Below, in pieces: positions 12,216 through 29,663 of a stretch of DNA of 64,000 nucleotides. Below the pieces are notes generated by a model, which did not search any database, was not told the origin of the DNA, and worked only from the letters and a program-made list of their open reading frames with translations. The position numbers were made by a program, and so were the translations under genes. Position 1 is the stretch's first letter. Every line of letters starts with the position of its first letter. The DNA comes from Geosiphon pyriformis uo1 (taxonomy: Eukaryota; Fungi; Glomeromycota): contig JAAOMT010000572.1 in assembly GCA_016748015.1 (NCBI GenBank), forward strand, positions 62,001 to 126,000. Reading direction: 5' to 3'.

Positions 12216-14510
12216 TTTTATTTTATTTTATTAAAATTTAATAAACATAGTTCAACTACTATTTAAAAATTAAGAACAAACTAAATACTCTAAAGCTAAA
12301 TATAATTTATGTACTTTCTATATATATTTAATTATTTAAACCAGTTTAGATTATGCTATATTAATACAACAAAAGTAAACTTACTTAAAGCCAACATTTT
12401 TTGAACTATATTAAATAATCTAATATTATAAGAAACCAATATAATTAATTACTTAGTTGTTTTTAAGGGATTAGTTTTAATACTATTAGACTCATATACT
12501 AAAGAGATATTAAGTTAGAAAATGTTTTATTATCAATATTAACTAGAAAATTCAAATTACCAAATATGTTGATATTATCTATGCAGCATTTTTTTTAATA
12601 ACTACTTTTTTTTCAACTTACTAACAACTTTGCTAAAAAAATCCAAATGAACTATAAGTTCATTAATTTTGAAGTTAAGAACATTACTTAAAACCAAATT
12701 ACTCTTAATAAATTATTCAAACACAGCAATTAAAGAGCTAACAGACTTAATAATTAACTCAATCAAGACAAAAATTTTGGCCAAATCAGATTCCAAAAAA
12801 GTTAACTGAAAAAACACCAAAAAATTACTAACAACTACAAAAAAAAAACAAAAATTATTAAAGATAGAAACTTAAAAAAACTTAAAAAAGCAAAAGCTTT
12901 GGCATAAAACTTAGCATTCACAAAATATAATATAAATACCTTAAGAACTTTAAGACTTTTAGAAAAAAGAAATGAAAACATCTTATAGTCTATAGCCAAA
13001 TGGCTTATTTTTTGACATTTAAAACAACATTAATAATCAAAAGTTTTTTATTAAATACAGTACTTTTTTAATGTATTTGTTTTAATTATTATAGTATTCA
13101 AATCAGTCTGAAATTTAAATATAATCAGAGTAAACTGGAAATAGTAATCAAAATTAGAAAAGCAAAAAATAAAACAAGTCTAACTACTAACTTAAAAGAT
13201 CATATTATTGATCTCAAAAATAGTACAGCCAGAAACAAAACTAACCAACTTGGTTTTATACTTATCATAAAACAAAATAATCTTATTTTGATTAACTAAA
13301 AAGAAGATCTTAACACTATTCTTGCTTATTAACATTAACCAAATATTTAAAGCAAATACAGTAGTATCCAGTTTTTTAAAATAAACAATAACATATTGCC
13401 AAACACCAATAGATTTTAGTACAACACAGATAATTTTACCAAAGACACCAAGTGCTGTTTTAATATTAATAGCAATCATATTTAAAGACATATTATACAA
13501 AACAACAGCAGCAGAAATAGAACCAGACTCAGAAACTACCAAAAATTTGGCAATTTTAAAAGTGACCAAATAAACAAAGTTTGTAAGCTTAACCAAAAAT
13601 ACAGCTTCTAAAGATTTTTGAAAAGCAAATTTTATGCAGAAAAGCTTTATATTGTCTTTTGATAATAACTTAATATCCAAAAAACCATGCACAAATTAAA
13701 TAATAGTCTTAATATAAGCCAATTTAATCTTAAAAGTAGTATTAGATATCAGAATAAAGGCTATCTATTTAATAAATTTTTGACAATTAGAAATAGTTTT
13801 TTAAATACCACTATTAGCAACACCAAAAATCAGCAGAAAAAATAAATCAATTTCTATTTAATTAGTCTAGTTTTTAAGAACAAATAATTTAACAAAAAAC
13901 TGTTGTTTTACTTCTAAAACCAATGATAATCTGCCAAAAAAAATCATATTTGGCAGCATAACCAGTAATTAATCTTGGTCTATATTAAAAACTATGCTAG
14001 ATAATATAATAAAGATCTTATTTAAAATTTTTTTTGAAACCATAAAGGAATTTAGTATAATAATAGCAAAAGCAAGTAATTGTTTCTGTTTTTTAAAATT
14101 CTTGACTTTTTTGGCTATTTTTAAAGAAGTAGTATTAGTAACATTAAATATAACAGCAATAATTAAAAAAACAAGCTTGTTAATTGGCCTACTATTAAAA
14201 ACTTTTAGGCTTTTAGTAAAAGTAAAAACAATATTAAAACTATGTCAAATGTGTCTTTTTGAGAAAACCTTGACTGGTAAAAATCCAGTCAAAGATGAAA
14301 AAAATGTTTCAATAACCACTAAAGACAGCTTTTTATTATTACTAGCTAAAAAAAAAGCTTCTAAAATATTCTGTCTAGCTGTTTTTACAATAAAAAAAAC
14401 TTTTTTGGTTAAAACTTTGTAAAATACCAAAAAAAATACCAGTTGCAGCTTTTTTATTCTTTACTCTAATTGTAGTCATAAAAATAAGAAAAAAAGAGTA
14501 TTTTATTTTT
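12216..14510 (-). mobile_element. Eroded LINE derivative carrying ORF1 plus the 3' end, with ORF2 almost entirely absent
   Basis: ORF1 start MTTIRVKNKKAA at ~14479; RRM-like ORF 13192-13692 (IKTALGVFGKI...GVWQYVIVYF); family 3' UTR relic 12235-12355 and T-tail. Host integrase relic resumes on both sides. Confidence 0.6.
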
Positions 14511-18770
<4,260 letters not shown>

Positions 18771-18774
18771 AATT

Positions 18775-18900
18775 AGTTTTGGTTATTAATAGTGTAAATT
18801 TTACAAGTAAAGCCCAACTACTATTTAGTACATAGATCTAAACTAAATAGTTTAAACTAAATACAGCTTATGTATTTACTAAATATAGTATAAGTTTTTG
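18775..18900 (-). mobile_element. LINE 3' UTR-only remnant
   Basis: Reverse complement agctgtatttagt...atgtactaaatagtagttgggctttact matches the family 3' UTR. Confidence 0.65.
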
Positions 18901-19626
18901 TAAATATTATATAATTATTGTAAAATAATTGTGTTATTTTTTCTTTAATATAATAATATATATAAGAAGATTATAGTTTATAATTCTTTTTTTTTTTAAA
19001 TTAATATTAAAAATAAGTTGTTATTTAGATTATTGGCTTATAAAACTTGATATGTTTTTAAGATAAATTTTTTTTTAATTTAATTAATGTTTTATTGGTT
19101 GTTTTAAAATATTTATATATTATTAATATTTTTGTATAGTATTTTTAATAACTTAATTAAAGTTTTTAAGTGTTTTAATTGAATGTAATATTAGTTTTAA
19201 ATAGTTAGTTGTTATTAATAAAGACTTGATATTACATAACTTTTATAATAAAAATCTTAATTGGTGTTGTAATGCTATTAACTTTAAATAAAAAGATATT
19301 AATTTTATTAATTGAAATTTTTATAGTTCTATTAGCTATAATAATTTATATTTTAACAGCTTAATCAACTTAATAATTTAATTGGTCCATAAGTTGTTGA
19401 GTAATAATGCTATTTACTAATTTGTTATCAAAAATAAGTTTAATAGATTAGCTATTAACTTTGATATTTATATATATAATAATAATATATTAAATTAAAT
19501 TTAAAATTATTTCATTAAATAATAACTTTTTTTTAATTTAAATAAAAAAATAGTAGCAAATATACTATTTTTGGTAATAATTACAGATAAAATTGTGTTA
19601 TAATTTTAAATATTATTGTTAAACAT

Positions 19627-20445
19627 TGTTATTTATAGAATATAGGAAATATAGTATTATTAGTCAGTAGATATTAACCAATCAGAGGTATACATAGTAA
19701 ATATGGAATTCCAGAATTCCAAGATTCCTCTCAAAGGAATTGCAAGATGTCAGGAATCCCAGAATTCCTGTCACAAAAAATTGAGGAATTGAGGAATCTC
19801 AATTATGTATATATAGCAGTAGAATTAGAAGCTGAAAAGACAGACCTCTTAGTTTAAATTTAATCTAAGCAACATTCCAGTTCCCAATCATCAAATAAAT
19901 AATTATTCCATATCTCAACCCACTCTTTACTATCAACACTTTATGTTTATAGTAATTGATACTTAACCACGCTGGAACAATAGCTTTTGATCACAGCTAT
20001 TGACGAGATACTAACATACCAAATTGCCTTGACTTATTTTTTCTATTTTCTTTATTTTTATTTTCTTTATTGTATTTTCTTTCTTCTTTGATTTTGTTGT
20101 TGTATACTAATTGATTAAAAAGAGTAAGCACTGAGTTATTGATGTCAAGGATAGCCTGGTAAAAAACCCAGAAATAAGAGTAGGATTTTATATATTATTG
20201 GATAGCTTACCAAAAAGACACGACTGCCAGACTAAATCTGGCCACCATGCTGAGAAAGAAATTCGGAAAACTCTTGGAAAGATACATCTACTATTGACAC
20301 TATTGAATCTTTGTTCATTATACAAAAGACTTCATCAAAACCTTCAGATACAACACTTACAGAACCTTATTCACAGAAGTAACTTTTGAGCACCAAGTTA
20401 CAGGTTTGTTATTTAATTCAACAGCAGAAATAATCACTTGTAACA
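19627..20445 (+). mobile_element. Solo LTR (819 bp), related to the relic D LTR type
   Basis: TGTTA...TAACA termini; 4-bp TSD ACAT (19623-19626 / 20446-20449). gaacaatagcttttgatcacagctattg and caccaagtta are shared, in reverse complement, with the D LTRs. Confidence 0.85.
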
Positions 20446-21435
20446 ACATAACAGTTTCAGTAAAAATAAAAAAACTTAAATAGTTCTGAAAATTTGGAAA
20501 AGATAATTGAGCATTTTTTGAATTTTGGATTTAACTTTTAGTTTGTGAGTTAACAGTATTAGAAATTAGTTAATATGTTATTATTTTTGATTTCCAGTTT
20601 AGTAAAATAGTTCTGGATTTTAGATTTTGAATTTAAGCTAAAAAAAATTTAGTGTTGTAATTATGGTGCTAGTTTTTAATTAGATAATTGGTAATTAATA
20701 ATTGGCCACAACTAAAAATAATATATATATATTGACTACAGCTATAGTTATTATGAAAATATTAATATATAGTATTATGGTAATTAGTATTGTTTTTGTT
20801 GAGTTTTAAATTTATAGTTTTAAATTTGGATTTTTTGATTGAGATTTTAATATTGATTTTTCAATTACTAGTTACTTAATTATAATCTATAATTAATTTT
20901 AGATAACTTTTTTTATGGTAGTAATAACATATTTTAGTCTTTTATTATTATGTATTTAATAGTGGCAATATTTTTTTTTATTATGTGATTAACAAGTGAA
21001 ATCCAACTGCTATCTAGTACATAAAACCAAACTAAGTGGAACAAATTAAATGCAGTTCATACACTTGCTACATGTGGCCAGCCACTCAGGCCAGACAAGG
21101 CTACACTACACGTCTATGCAAACAAAAACACACCACCCAAACCAAAAAAAAATGACACAATCTGCATCTACCAAAGCTAACAGCAAAAAATTCAACAACA
21201 CTAAGCAAACAAACTATTTCATCTAACAAATTAGACACCAAACAATGAGACAAGCCTAAGACCACACCACCATCCCTAATCAAGCCAGCTTTTTCTATAT
21301 TTTTTTTATTTTATTTTATTTAACGAGTAAGGTCCAAATGCAACCTAGTGCTATACATCATACAAATGATTTAAACTAGGTGTGAATCATGCGCTTTCTA
21401 CATGTGACCAGCCACTTGGGCCAGTCAGGACTACA

Positions 21436-24400
21436 CTATACACCTATATGTACAGAAACCAAATCTCCAATACCTGAAAAAAAAGGACAAAATCTACGAA
21501 ACCCGAAACCAACTCCAAAAGCCTTAGCCACTCCCAGCAATCTAACCACACCAGCTGAAAATACCATAGACAAACCAGAAACTGAAGCAGGAGTGGAGCT
21601 GTCATGTGGAATCAAACCGTGCTTTTCTATAAATGCTCGGTGTCTGGTGTGGACCAACCAAATATTGTCCCTAAATACAAGACAGAACTTATGCACAAAG
21701 CTCACAATCCTTTTAGTACCCTCCTTAGAATCTTTAAAAACCAAGACAGACTCACAAAACCATTCATCAAAAACAAAGCTCTTACACAGAGCAACACCAA
21801 TTCCAACTTCAGAAACACAAGAAGCCAAAGCTTGTAAGACACATGAAAAAGAACGAGATAGACCAGAAAGAGCCTCCCAAGCTGAAACATGAGTGCCCAA
21901 CAAATAAGCATGGCCAACAGCATCCTGAGGACATGAAAAGACGTGATCCGAGGTCTCAACGTCATCACAGAACAGACAGACTACACTGGGGTATCTCCTA
22001 TCATACAAACGCTTGTGCACAGCAACAGGAAGCCGATGATAAAGAGCCTTCATAAAGTAAGTACAACAGCCTGCCATGCGCATGCTGGTAAAACCAGATG
22101 CCAAGTGAGAATCGGGGTGCTACACTATAGAAGACTTAGACCAATTGATATCAGCACACAAACTATCATTCACAACACAAGAACCTACTCCAACCTCCCA
22201 ACAAGCTCGATGAACTGACTGGAAAACATTACAAACAAAGTGTCTAGAATTACCAGAAACTGTTATACCACCAGCACATAGAAAACATTCACTGACCAAA
22301 TGAGGTAGGCGCCAAGTAGAGAGAGCAGCATCTTTGGCAAGTACATCAGCATGCTCATTGCCTAAGACACCTGAATAACCTTTCACCTTAACCCAATTTA
22401 CATCCAAATTTTTCTGACAAATGACAGTAGCAATGTAACAACACTCAATCCAACAGTGGTTCCTGAAATCCAGATGAACCAGCAACAACTCTGACTTATA
22501 TACATCTAAAGCAGCTTGGCTATCTGAGAACAAGTCAATCAAACGAGAAAAAGAAACACACTCAAGGGCCAAAGTTATGGCTTGCAGCTCCGTCAGAGTA
22601 GAAGAAGCCAAACCAGACACCCCAATACCCAAACTTAAGTTAATGTCCTTAAAAAAAATGGCAGCACCTGCCCTCATGTCAACAATGCCCAGACCAGAAA
22701 GAGATTCATCCGTATACACAGAAAGGTGGGCAGCATCAATGGTCAGCAAAGTGTCACGAACCATATCAAAATCATGAGAAAGATGAATATCAGACACAGC
22801 ATGACCATCCACCAAAGAAGAACTTAAGAAGAGAGGTACAATACCACCAAGAAAGCAAACAGAAAGATCAAACCAGAAAGGGACTGGGCCACGAGGGTCT
22901 AGCCTCTTCCAATGCTTGAAGGTCCCCCAACTGAAAACATTACCATTACCATTACAAAGCTGTTCCATGAAAGCAATTCTATAATGCCTGAGCGAAGAGA
23001 TACACTTAAAAAAACAGGATTCACCAAGAACCAAAGACATAGGAATACTGCACCGATGACAAAAAGCACAAGCCAGAGAGCCTCCTAAAGACAAATCACA
23101 CCCAGAAAAAATATGAACCACACCAGCCAAAAAATTATTCAAGGAACTGACACCAACATGAGCCGGAAACAGCAATGGATGATGAAGACGCCAGCTGAGA
23201 ACCTGGAGGTCAAGAGACTTATGAGAAAACAAGTGACCCAAGACACCAGTGGAATTCACAAAAGCAATAACGGAGGCCGACATACTTTCAGCCTGGGTCT
23301 GTTCAAAAGTTTTCAGATTGTACAAAGAGGGATAATGAAGTGCATCACTGGAGAAATCATGTGGCAACCCAGACTTGAACCTAAAGATCTTGTGTACTAA
23401 AGCATCCCATTTACTACAAACACCAAAAGAAACAAAACTGAACTGAGTCCTGTAGCTGATGATAGAGAAAAGAACTGCAGACACCAAATATGCACACTGT
23501 TTGTCCAAAATTGCCTTCCTCAAAACAAAATTCACAAAAAACCGTACATCAGTCTGAGCTTTAGCCAAGCTAGGCTTCAAAAGACCCTCAGAAAACAAAA
23601 AAATACCCAAATAGCAATGAGATTCCCCTTTTCTGGTGATGGAAATAGGCGCGCCACTGATAGTCAAATGAGGGTCCATCACCCAACAGTTGATAGGAAT
23701 GGCCACCATCTTGTCATTATTCACAGAAATGTCATTGAACCTAAAAAATTTACTAGCAACATCAAGAATGTGTTGTGTAGCAGCCTGGCTGCTACCAACC
23801 CAAATAGTATTATCGACAAAGGCACCAGCAGCGAGAAATGAAGTCAATCCAGCTTGAGGATCTACTTGGCCTGTTTTAGAAACAAAATGAGAATTCAATC
23901 TGTAGCCCCACACACTCTCCTGTCTCTTGACTTTGCACAAAAATAAATCATAAAAAATATGCCAAAGAAGAGGCGAGAAAACTTCTCCCTGATCCAGTCC
24001 ATTGTGAACACAATACCCATCAGTCAAACCAAAGTCAGTCATCACTCTGTTGATGTGACCATTGTGAATACTGCCAAAAAATCTAATAAATCTGTCACAC
24101 ATTTTGATTCTGACCAGACTCCTCCTAAGATGTTCCCAACCAACCAAGTCATAAGCCTTGCACATGTCCTGTAAAACCAGCCAAAGTTCACGGTTCTTCT
24201 CCAAGGCATCCTCAACCACAGAACTGACAGCAAAAATGGGAGATTGCATCGTTGTACCTTTCAAAACCGAAAAATTGTTCTCACAAAGAACATCAAAAGT
24301 ACTGCAAGCCAAAGAGATCCTATCCGAAAGGATCTTGAAGAGAATTTTGTGAGCCATTTCAATTAAAGCTATAAGATAAATGTTTGTGAGAACTCCCTCC

Positions 24401-26124
24401 CATTTATATGGTTTAGGAATCATCGAAACCCAAGCTTCCCTTCAAGGCCCAGGAACTGACTTGCCAACCAGACAGAAATTCAAGAGCACCAAAAGCATAT
24501 CCAAAACAGATTTGTCACAATGTTTCCACAATTCATTGGAGATACCAAAAAAACCAGCCGTTTTTCCATCAGGAAGATCTTTAACAACAGCTGACAGCTC
24601 ATCAAAACTAATCGAGCACATGACATCAGAGAAAGCACCATCGAACACGTAATTCAGAGGCCGAAATTGACGAGCCCAATCCTCAGAGAAGTCAAACACC
24701 ACCTCATGTTTTTTAGTCCATCCCTCCATAATTTTGTCCACCTTAGACTTAACCAAATTAGGCTCCAAAATCAACTCATCTTCTACAACCAGATGATTTA
24801 AGACCACTTTGCGAAAAGGACGCTCCAAAACACTTCTAATAGTGTGACCCTTGTTCAGCTCAAAACTTTCCATTCTCTTACCAATAGCCTGCTTGATCAA
24901 GGATTTTTCAGCGCGCTTAGATTCTAATAATTTCAAAGAGCAGTACAATTTTCTTGTTTTGGCTAGCACAGAATGAATAAGATCAAAATTAGAACCTGAA
25001 AAAAACAGAGACTTAACCACCAATGTACCGGGAGAGTCGAGTCTGTGCCACACCTCCAACAAAGAAGCAAAGCCATCACTTGAAGCCAAACACGAAGCCT
25101 TAACCAACTTAGAAACCAGCAGCTCCAGCTTGTGAAACCTAGAAGAAGTCTTGGTAAACATGCTATCAAAACCTTTGAACCATTTTTTCTTGAATGTACC
25201 ATCCATTGAAAGAACCATGATCTTGCGAACAATGTCTCATATAGTGTCCACATCTGAAAATCTCACTGCCACATCAAAAGCATCTAAGAACATAGAGACA
25301 TTAGCAGCTAAAGCATCCTTGAACTCCAACCACTTAACATCATCGGCATCTTTGACATCAAACTTCCAACGATCTCTATTCACTTACTTGCAAAGAGAAT
25401 TCAAACGTGTATCCAAGAGCCCACCCAAACCCAAATTCACTGAAACAGCTTGATGGTTTGTGTCAAAATGCTCACTGACATTCAAAACTTCATGATGCAC
25501 TATTGCATTGACAAGACTCAAGGAGACAAACATGTAATCAATTATTTTCTTAACACCCTTAGAATTCTCCCAAGTGAGCATTTTCGCAGCCAGGCTACCG
25601 ACTAAAGAATTGACCAGACCCAAATCAAAGCATCTTTTGAAACTTGCACTTTTATGAGAACTGTCTTCATTAAAATCACCTCTGAAAACGACAAAAAAAG
25701 ATTCATTAACAGTCCTTGCAATAAGAGAGTTAATCTCATTAGCCTGAGAAAACTGCACCACTGAAAAAGCACCAGCGTAAAGCCTCAGAATTAACACTAA
25801 GAGCTTATTCTTGAAAAGTAATCTAACAGACAGGAGCCGACCAGGCACTTCAAAAACCTTGCATACATGCCTTGCCAAAGAAGAGTCCATGACAACTGCC
25901 ACACCAGCACCCAGATATCTAGAATCCAAACCAGAGGCAAACACCCGAACACCATCAAACTTGTTGACAATCCAGAGATGAACCTTATCCTTCAACTTTG
26001 TTTCAGTAAAAATAGAAACCAAATTGCCCATGTCCTTGTGCCAATGAACTATATCTTCTTGTTTCACAGGAACGTTTATGCCCCAAACATTACATGTAGC
26101 AATCTTCCAAATCAAACTGGTTAT
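21436..26124 (-). pseudogene. LINE ORF2: APE - RT - RNase H - CCHC
   Basis: ORFs 25384-26163 (IATCNV, ETK, GDFNE, IDYMF, DTNH), 24442-25218, 22120-24423 (QDMCKAYD, GLDQGEVFSP, AFVDN, YLG, VYTD..ELQAI..SDSQAAL..GNEHADVLA) and 21436-22104 (CLFCDDVETSDHVFSC). Confidence 0.95.
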
Positions 26125-28073
26125 TGAGAAGATGAGAAAACTGAAGAACCCAAACCAGAACACAACATATCCAATCTTGCCAAAACTGAGCTGACTGATG
26201 CATCCAAAGCCATCAACTTTGACTCCAAACCACCAATCTTGGTAGTCAAAACTTTCGAACTACTAGAACCAAAATCAGGATTGGCATCATCAATGGTTGG
26301 GCAAAGAGAAGAAGATGTCACCAACAGAACATCCAGTGCTATGTCCAAATTCACGCATGAGGCCGGAGAAGTAGATGCAACGGAATGGGAAGCAAGAAAT
26401 GAAGACACCAAAGATACCACTTCAACACAGCTCAGTTTCTTCGCAATGGCAGAAACTTGGTCTGTCAAAAGCTCCAAAGAGCATTCCAAAAACACCACCC
26501 GATTGCATAAACCAGAGATATCAGAAGAAGAGGATCCTACTGAGGCAGATCCCACACCAAAACTTGCACCAACAGCAAAAAGACCCAAAAGAACCACATG
26601 AAAGGGAGTACTACTAGCAACTTGGGCCCATGTCTTGCCACTAAAAGAAACTGGGTAAGTGATAGGAGCCTGCTTTCTCCTATATACATTAACCAGACGA
26701 ACCCGATCCTGAGAAGTTACCACCTGCTTATTGTGAGCACCAGAATTTTCACCCATAGAACAAACATCAGAAACATGACCGAATTGTTTACACACTGCAC
26801 AACAGGCCAAAGAGAGACCGGCCCAATGCAAACTCACACTCTTGAAGACCGGAACCGAACCAATAGCAGCCAACTTGGATGCCTCACTTTCAAAACAGAT
26901 CACAGCACACTGATCACGAACATATGAAGTTGGATTACGGCCAATAAAACAAGTTTTTCCATCATAAGCCTCCACTAGTCTAGACAAATTATAGGCGGTG
27001 GTGCCAACTGGAAGAGTGTAAAGCAATGCCTGATGCTAATCCCTAGATATCCACGTTTGTTTATCATTGACAGCCTTTGCCACATGAACAGAATTTTTTT
27101 CCACAAGAACAGACCATCTAGCTGTGACCAAATCAGCTACCTCTGATGATTCAAATTCCACCAAGATCTTTTGCCAAAGACCAATAAGCTGCATCTTGAT
27201 TGACGCAATTTTTCCAAATTTAGAAAACACCACCTCAACCGCAGATTTAGGAAGATCAACAGGGATCTCCTTGATTATTACCTCCCAATCCGAATGACTG
27301 TTTACTCTTCTAAGATCATTATTTACCATGATTTTTTCACTGATTGCCATATCTTTTGCCCTGCCCAAACTTAATTCAGAAGTGAATGTAGATCTTATTA
27401 TGCCAGGAAATTTTGAGAGAGTCGAAGCTCCCCCAAATCCATCAATTCGATAAAAAATTTTTTTAATTGCCATTAACTTATCAACATTTGTCTTCCCAGG
27501 TACTGCCAAAATCTTAATATCTAATGTGAAAGATTTTACTGGTTCGAAGCTTTACTTTTCCATAACACGTGACTTGACAGATGGCATCTGATTGGAGCCA
27601 TTAAACATTTTTGGAGATGGAAGACTAAGCACATTCTTATCATCACTCATGGAGTCAAATGTTGGAGCTTTCGGAGGTTTGCCTAGCACGTAAGTATGAG
27701 TTTGGGTTTTTCTCAGCGTAGCCTTGTTCATTTCGTCATCATCACCAGATTCTGTGTAGCTTGTTTCTTCGGCAATAGTGTTTGCCATATTCTCCACATC
27801 TGACACCCCACTCATGCTTGACTCGTCGTTCTCAACTTCGCTTCCCCAAGATATCTTACATTTTTCATCGCCCGAATGTAACAAAGCAGCAGACAGAGAG
27901 CCAGCAGACAAATCCACAACTCCGCCAGCGACCTCAGGTTTCCTAGATTTTTTATACAATGGACCATGAAAGTAGACACTTTCAACTTGTGTCTTTTTTT
28001 TGGTGCCAGACCGGATCCCCAACCCAGTCGATCCAGAACCAGAACCACCAGCAGACAAACTTGCTGGTTCCAT
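26121..28073 (-). pseudogene. LINE ORF1 (RRM + CCHC knuckle CAVCKQFGHVSDVC + coiled coil)
   Basis: In-frame ORF pieces 27552-28073, 27036-27509 and 26121-27026. Confidence 0.9.
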
Positions 28074-29663
28074 AGCAACAAAGAGGGGCGTATTAAGAGA
28101 AATAACTGAAGTAAAAAAAGGGAAAAGGAAAAGGAAAAGCTATTCTATCAGCAAAAACTATGCTTTTGTCGTGGGCAGGGAATTAACAAGAGAAATAATT
28201 TTTTTATTCTGAACATTTTTTTCTATATCTACCTTATATATGGCAATAACCAAGTTGTATTTTGAGAATAATAATTGTTTTTTTAATAATTATAATACTA
28301 TAAAATTTAATAAATAGTTTAATTATTAAGTATTTTTTTAATTTTTAATTAATGTTGTTATTAAATTGTTTTAACTTGATATTTAGTTCAAATAATCTAT
28401 TTATTATTAGGTTTATAGTTTATGCATAACTTGTTTTGAGTTTACCTAATTTAAAATTTTGGGTCAATATAATTGTTATTTGAAGATTTGCAAAATATAA
28501 TAGATATGTTTATTGAAAGATATTATTACACAATTTTTTGATAAATTTGTTTAATATTTGTGATATTATATAATAATTGGTATTAATTATCTAAATTTAA
28601 CATAAATATTAATAGAATTAGCTTAAGTATATAGTAATTGTTTTACTGTTTTCTTGTTTAATAGTATTAAAATATTTTTGTAATTAGATAATACTATTAT
28701 AATTGCTAAAATATTGTAAAAATATAATCTTAAAGTTATTAAATAATATTGGTTTTATAATAAGACTTTAATACTAAGAATTAATTATATTATAGAAAAT
28801 ATATAAGATTATTTGTAAAATTTTAATATTATTTTAGTTATTAGTAATGCTGATTTTTTCTATATTATTTAATTATATTTAGATGTTATTTTTTTGTTTG
28901 TAAATTTTTTTAACTTAGTAATTAAAGCATAAACTATTAATACTATTGAAAAAAAAATATGTATAATAATAGAAATATTAAGTAAACAAATAATACTGAT
29001 AACATGTTTTTTGGTACTTTTAGATTGTTTAAAATTTGATTAATTCTTAGAGTTTGAACTATTGGAGATTGTAATATAACTAAATTTAAAATTTTTGTTT
29101 TTTGGTCTTGGCTTTTTTTTTTGGAATTTGTTTTATAATAATAATTATTATTAAAATTGGATTTTAGTAGTGATAATTTTAATAAATTTAAAAAGATTAA
29201 TCTTAATTAAAATTTTTTAAAAAATTTTTTATATTTTTTTAATAAATAAGTTTTAGTTTTAATATAAATAAAGACACAATTTTTAATAAAATCTAGATTA
29301 TATATTAAGAATATAATAGTATAACAGTTCTAATAGTAAATATACTTAGATTTTTTTTTATAATAATAAAACTACTTTTTTGAATATTATAATTAATATT
29401 TGCATAGTTAGATTAGATTGCAAATTTATGTTAACTGTTTTTTTTATACTATACCAAATTTTCTTATTAATATAAAAATTAAATACAGATTCAATTAAAA
29501 AATAATGAGAATTTAATTTTAAATCTTCTTGAAAATATTTATATAGTAATTTTTTGAATTTTAGATAGTTGGTTTTTATATATTCTAATTTTGTTATTTT
29601 TATTAATTGCTATTTAACTAGTGTTTTGTTTTTTGTAAATTATACTTTACAGAAAACACCAAA

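Larger units (their letters stand above)
21301..28217 (-). mobile_element. Full-length L1-like LINE (copy B), least decayed copy
   Basis: 11-bp TSD TTTTTCTATAT (21290-21300 / 28218-28228); (TAAAA)n tail; ORF1 and ORF2. Confidence 0.95.
20971..28240 (-). mobile_element. Short 5'-truncated LINE (~340 bp: 20971-21300 plus 28229-28240), split by LINE B
   Basis: ORF2 C-terminal remnant (ORF 21101-21283), 3' UTR and A-tail; 8-bp TSD TGGCAATA at 20963-20970 and 28241-28248. Confidence 0.8.
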
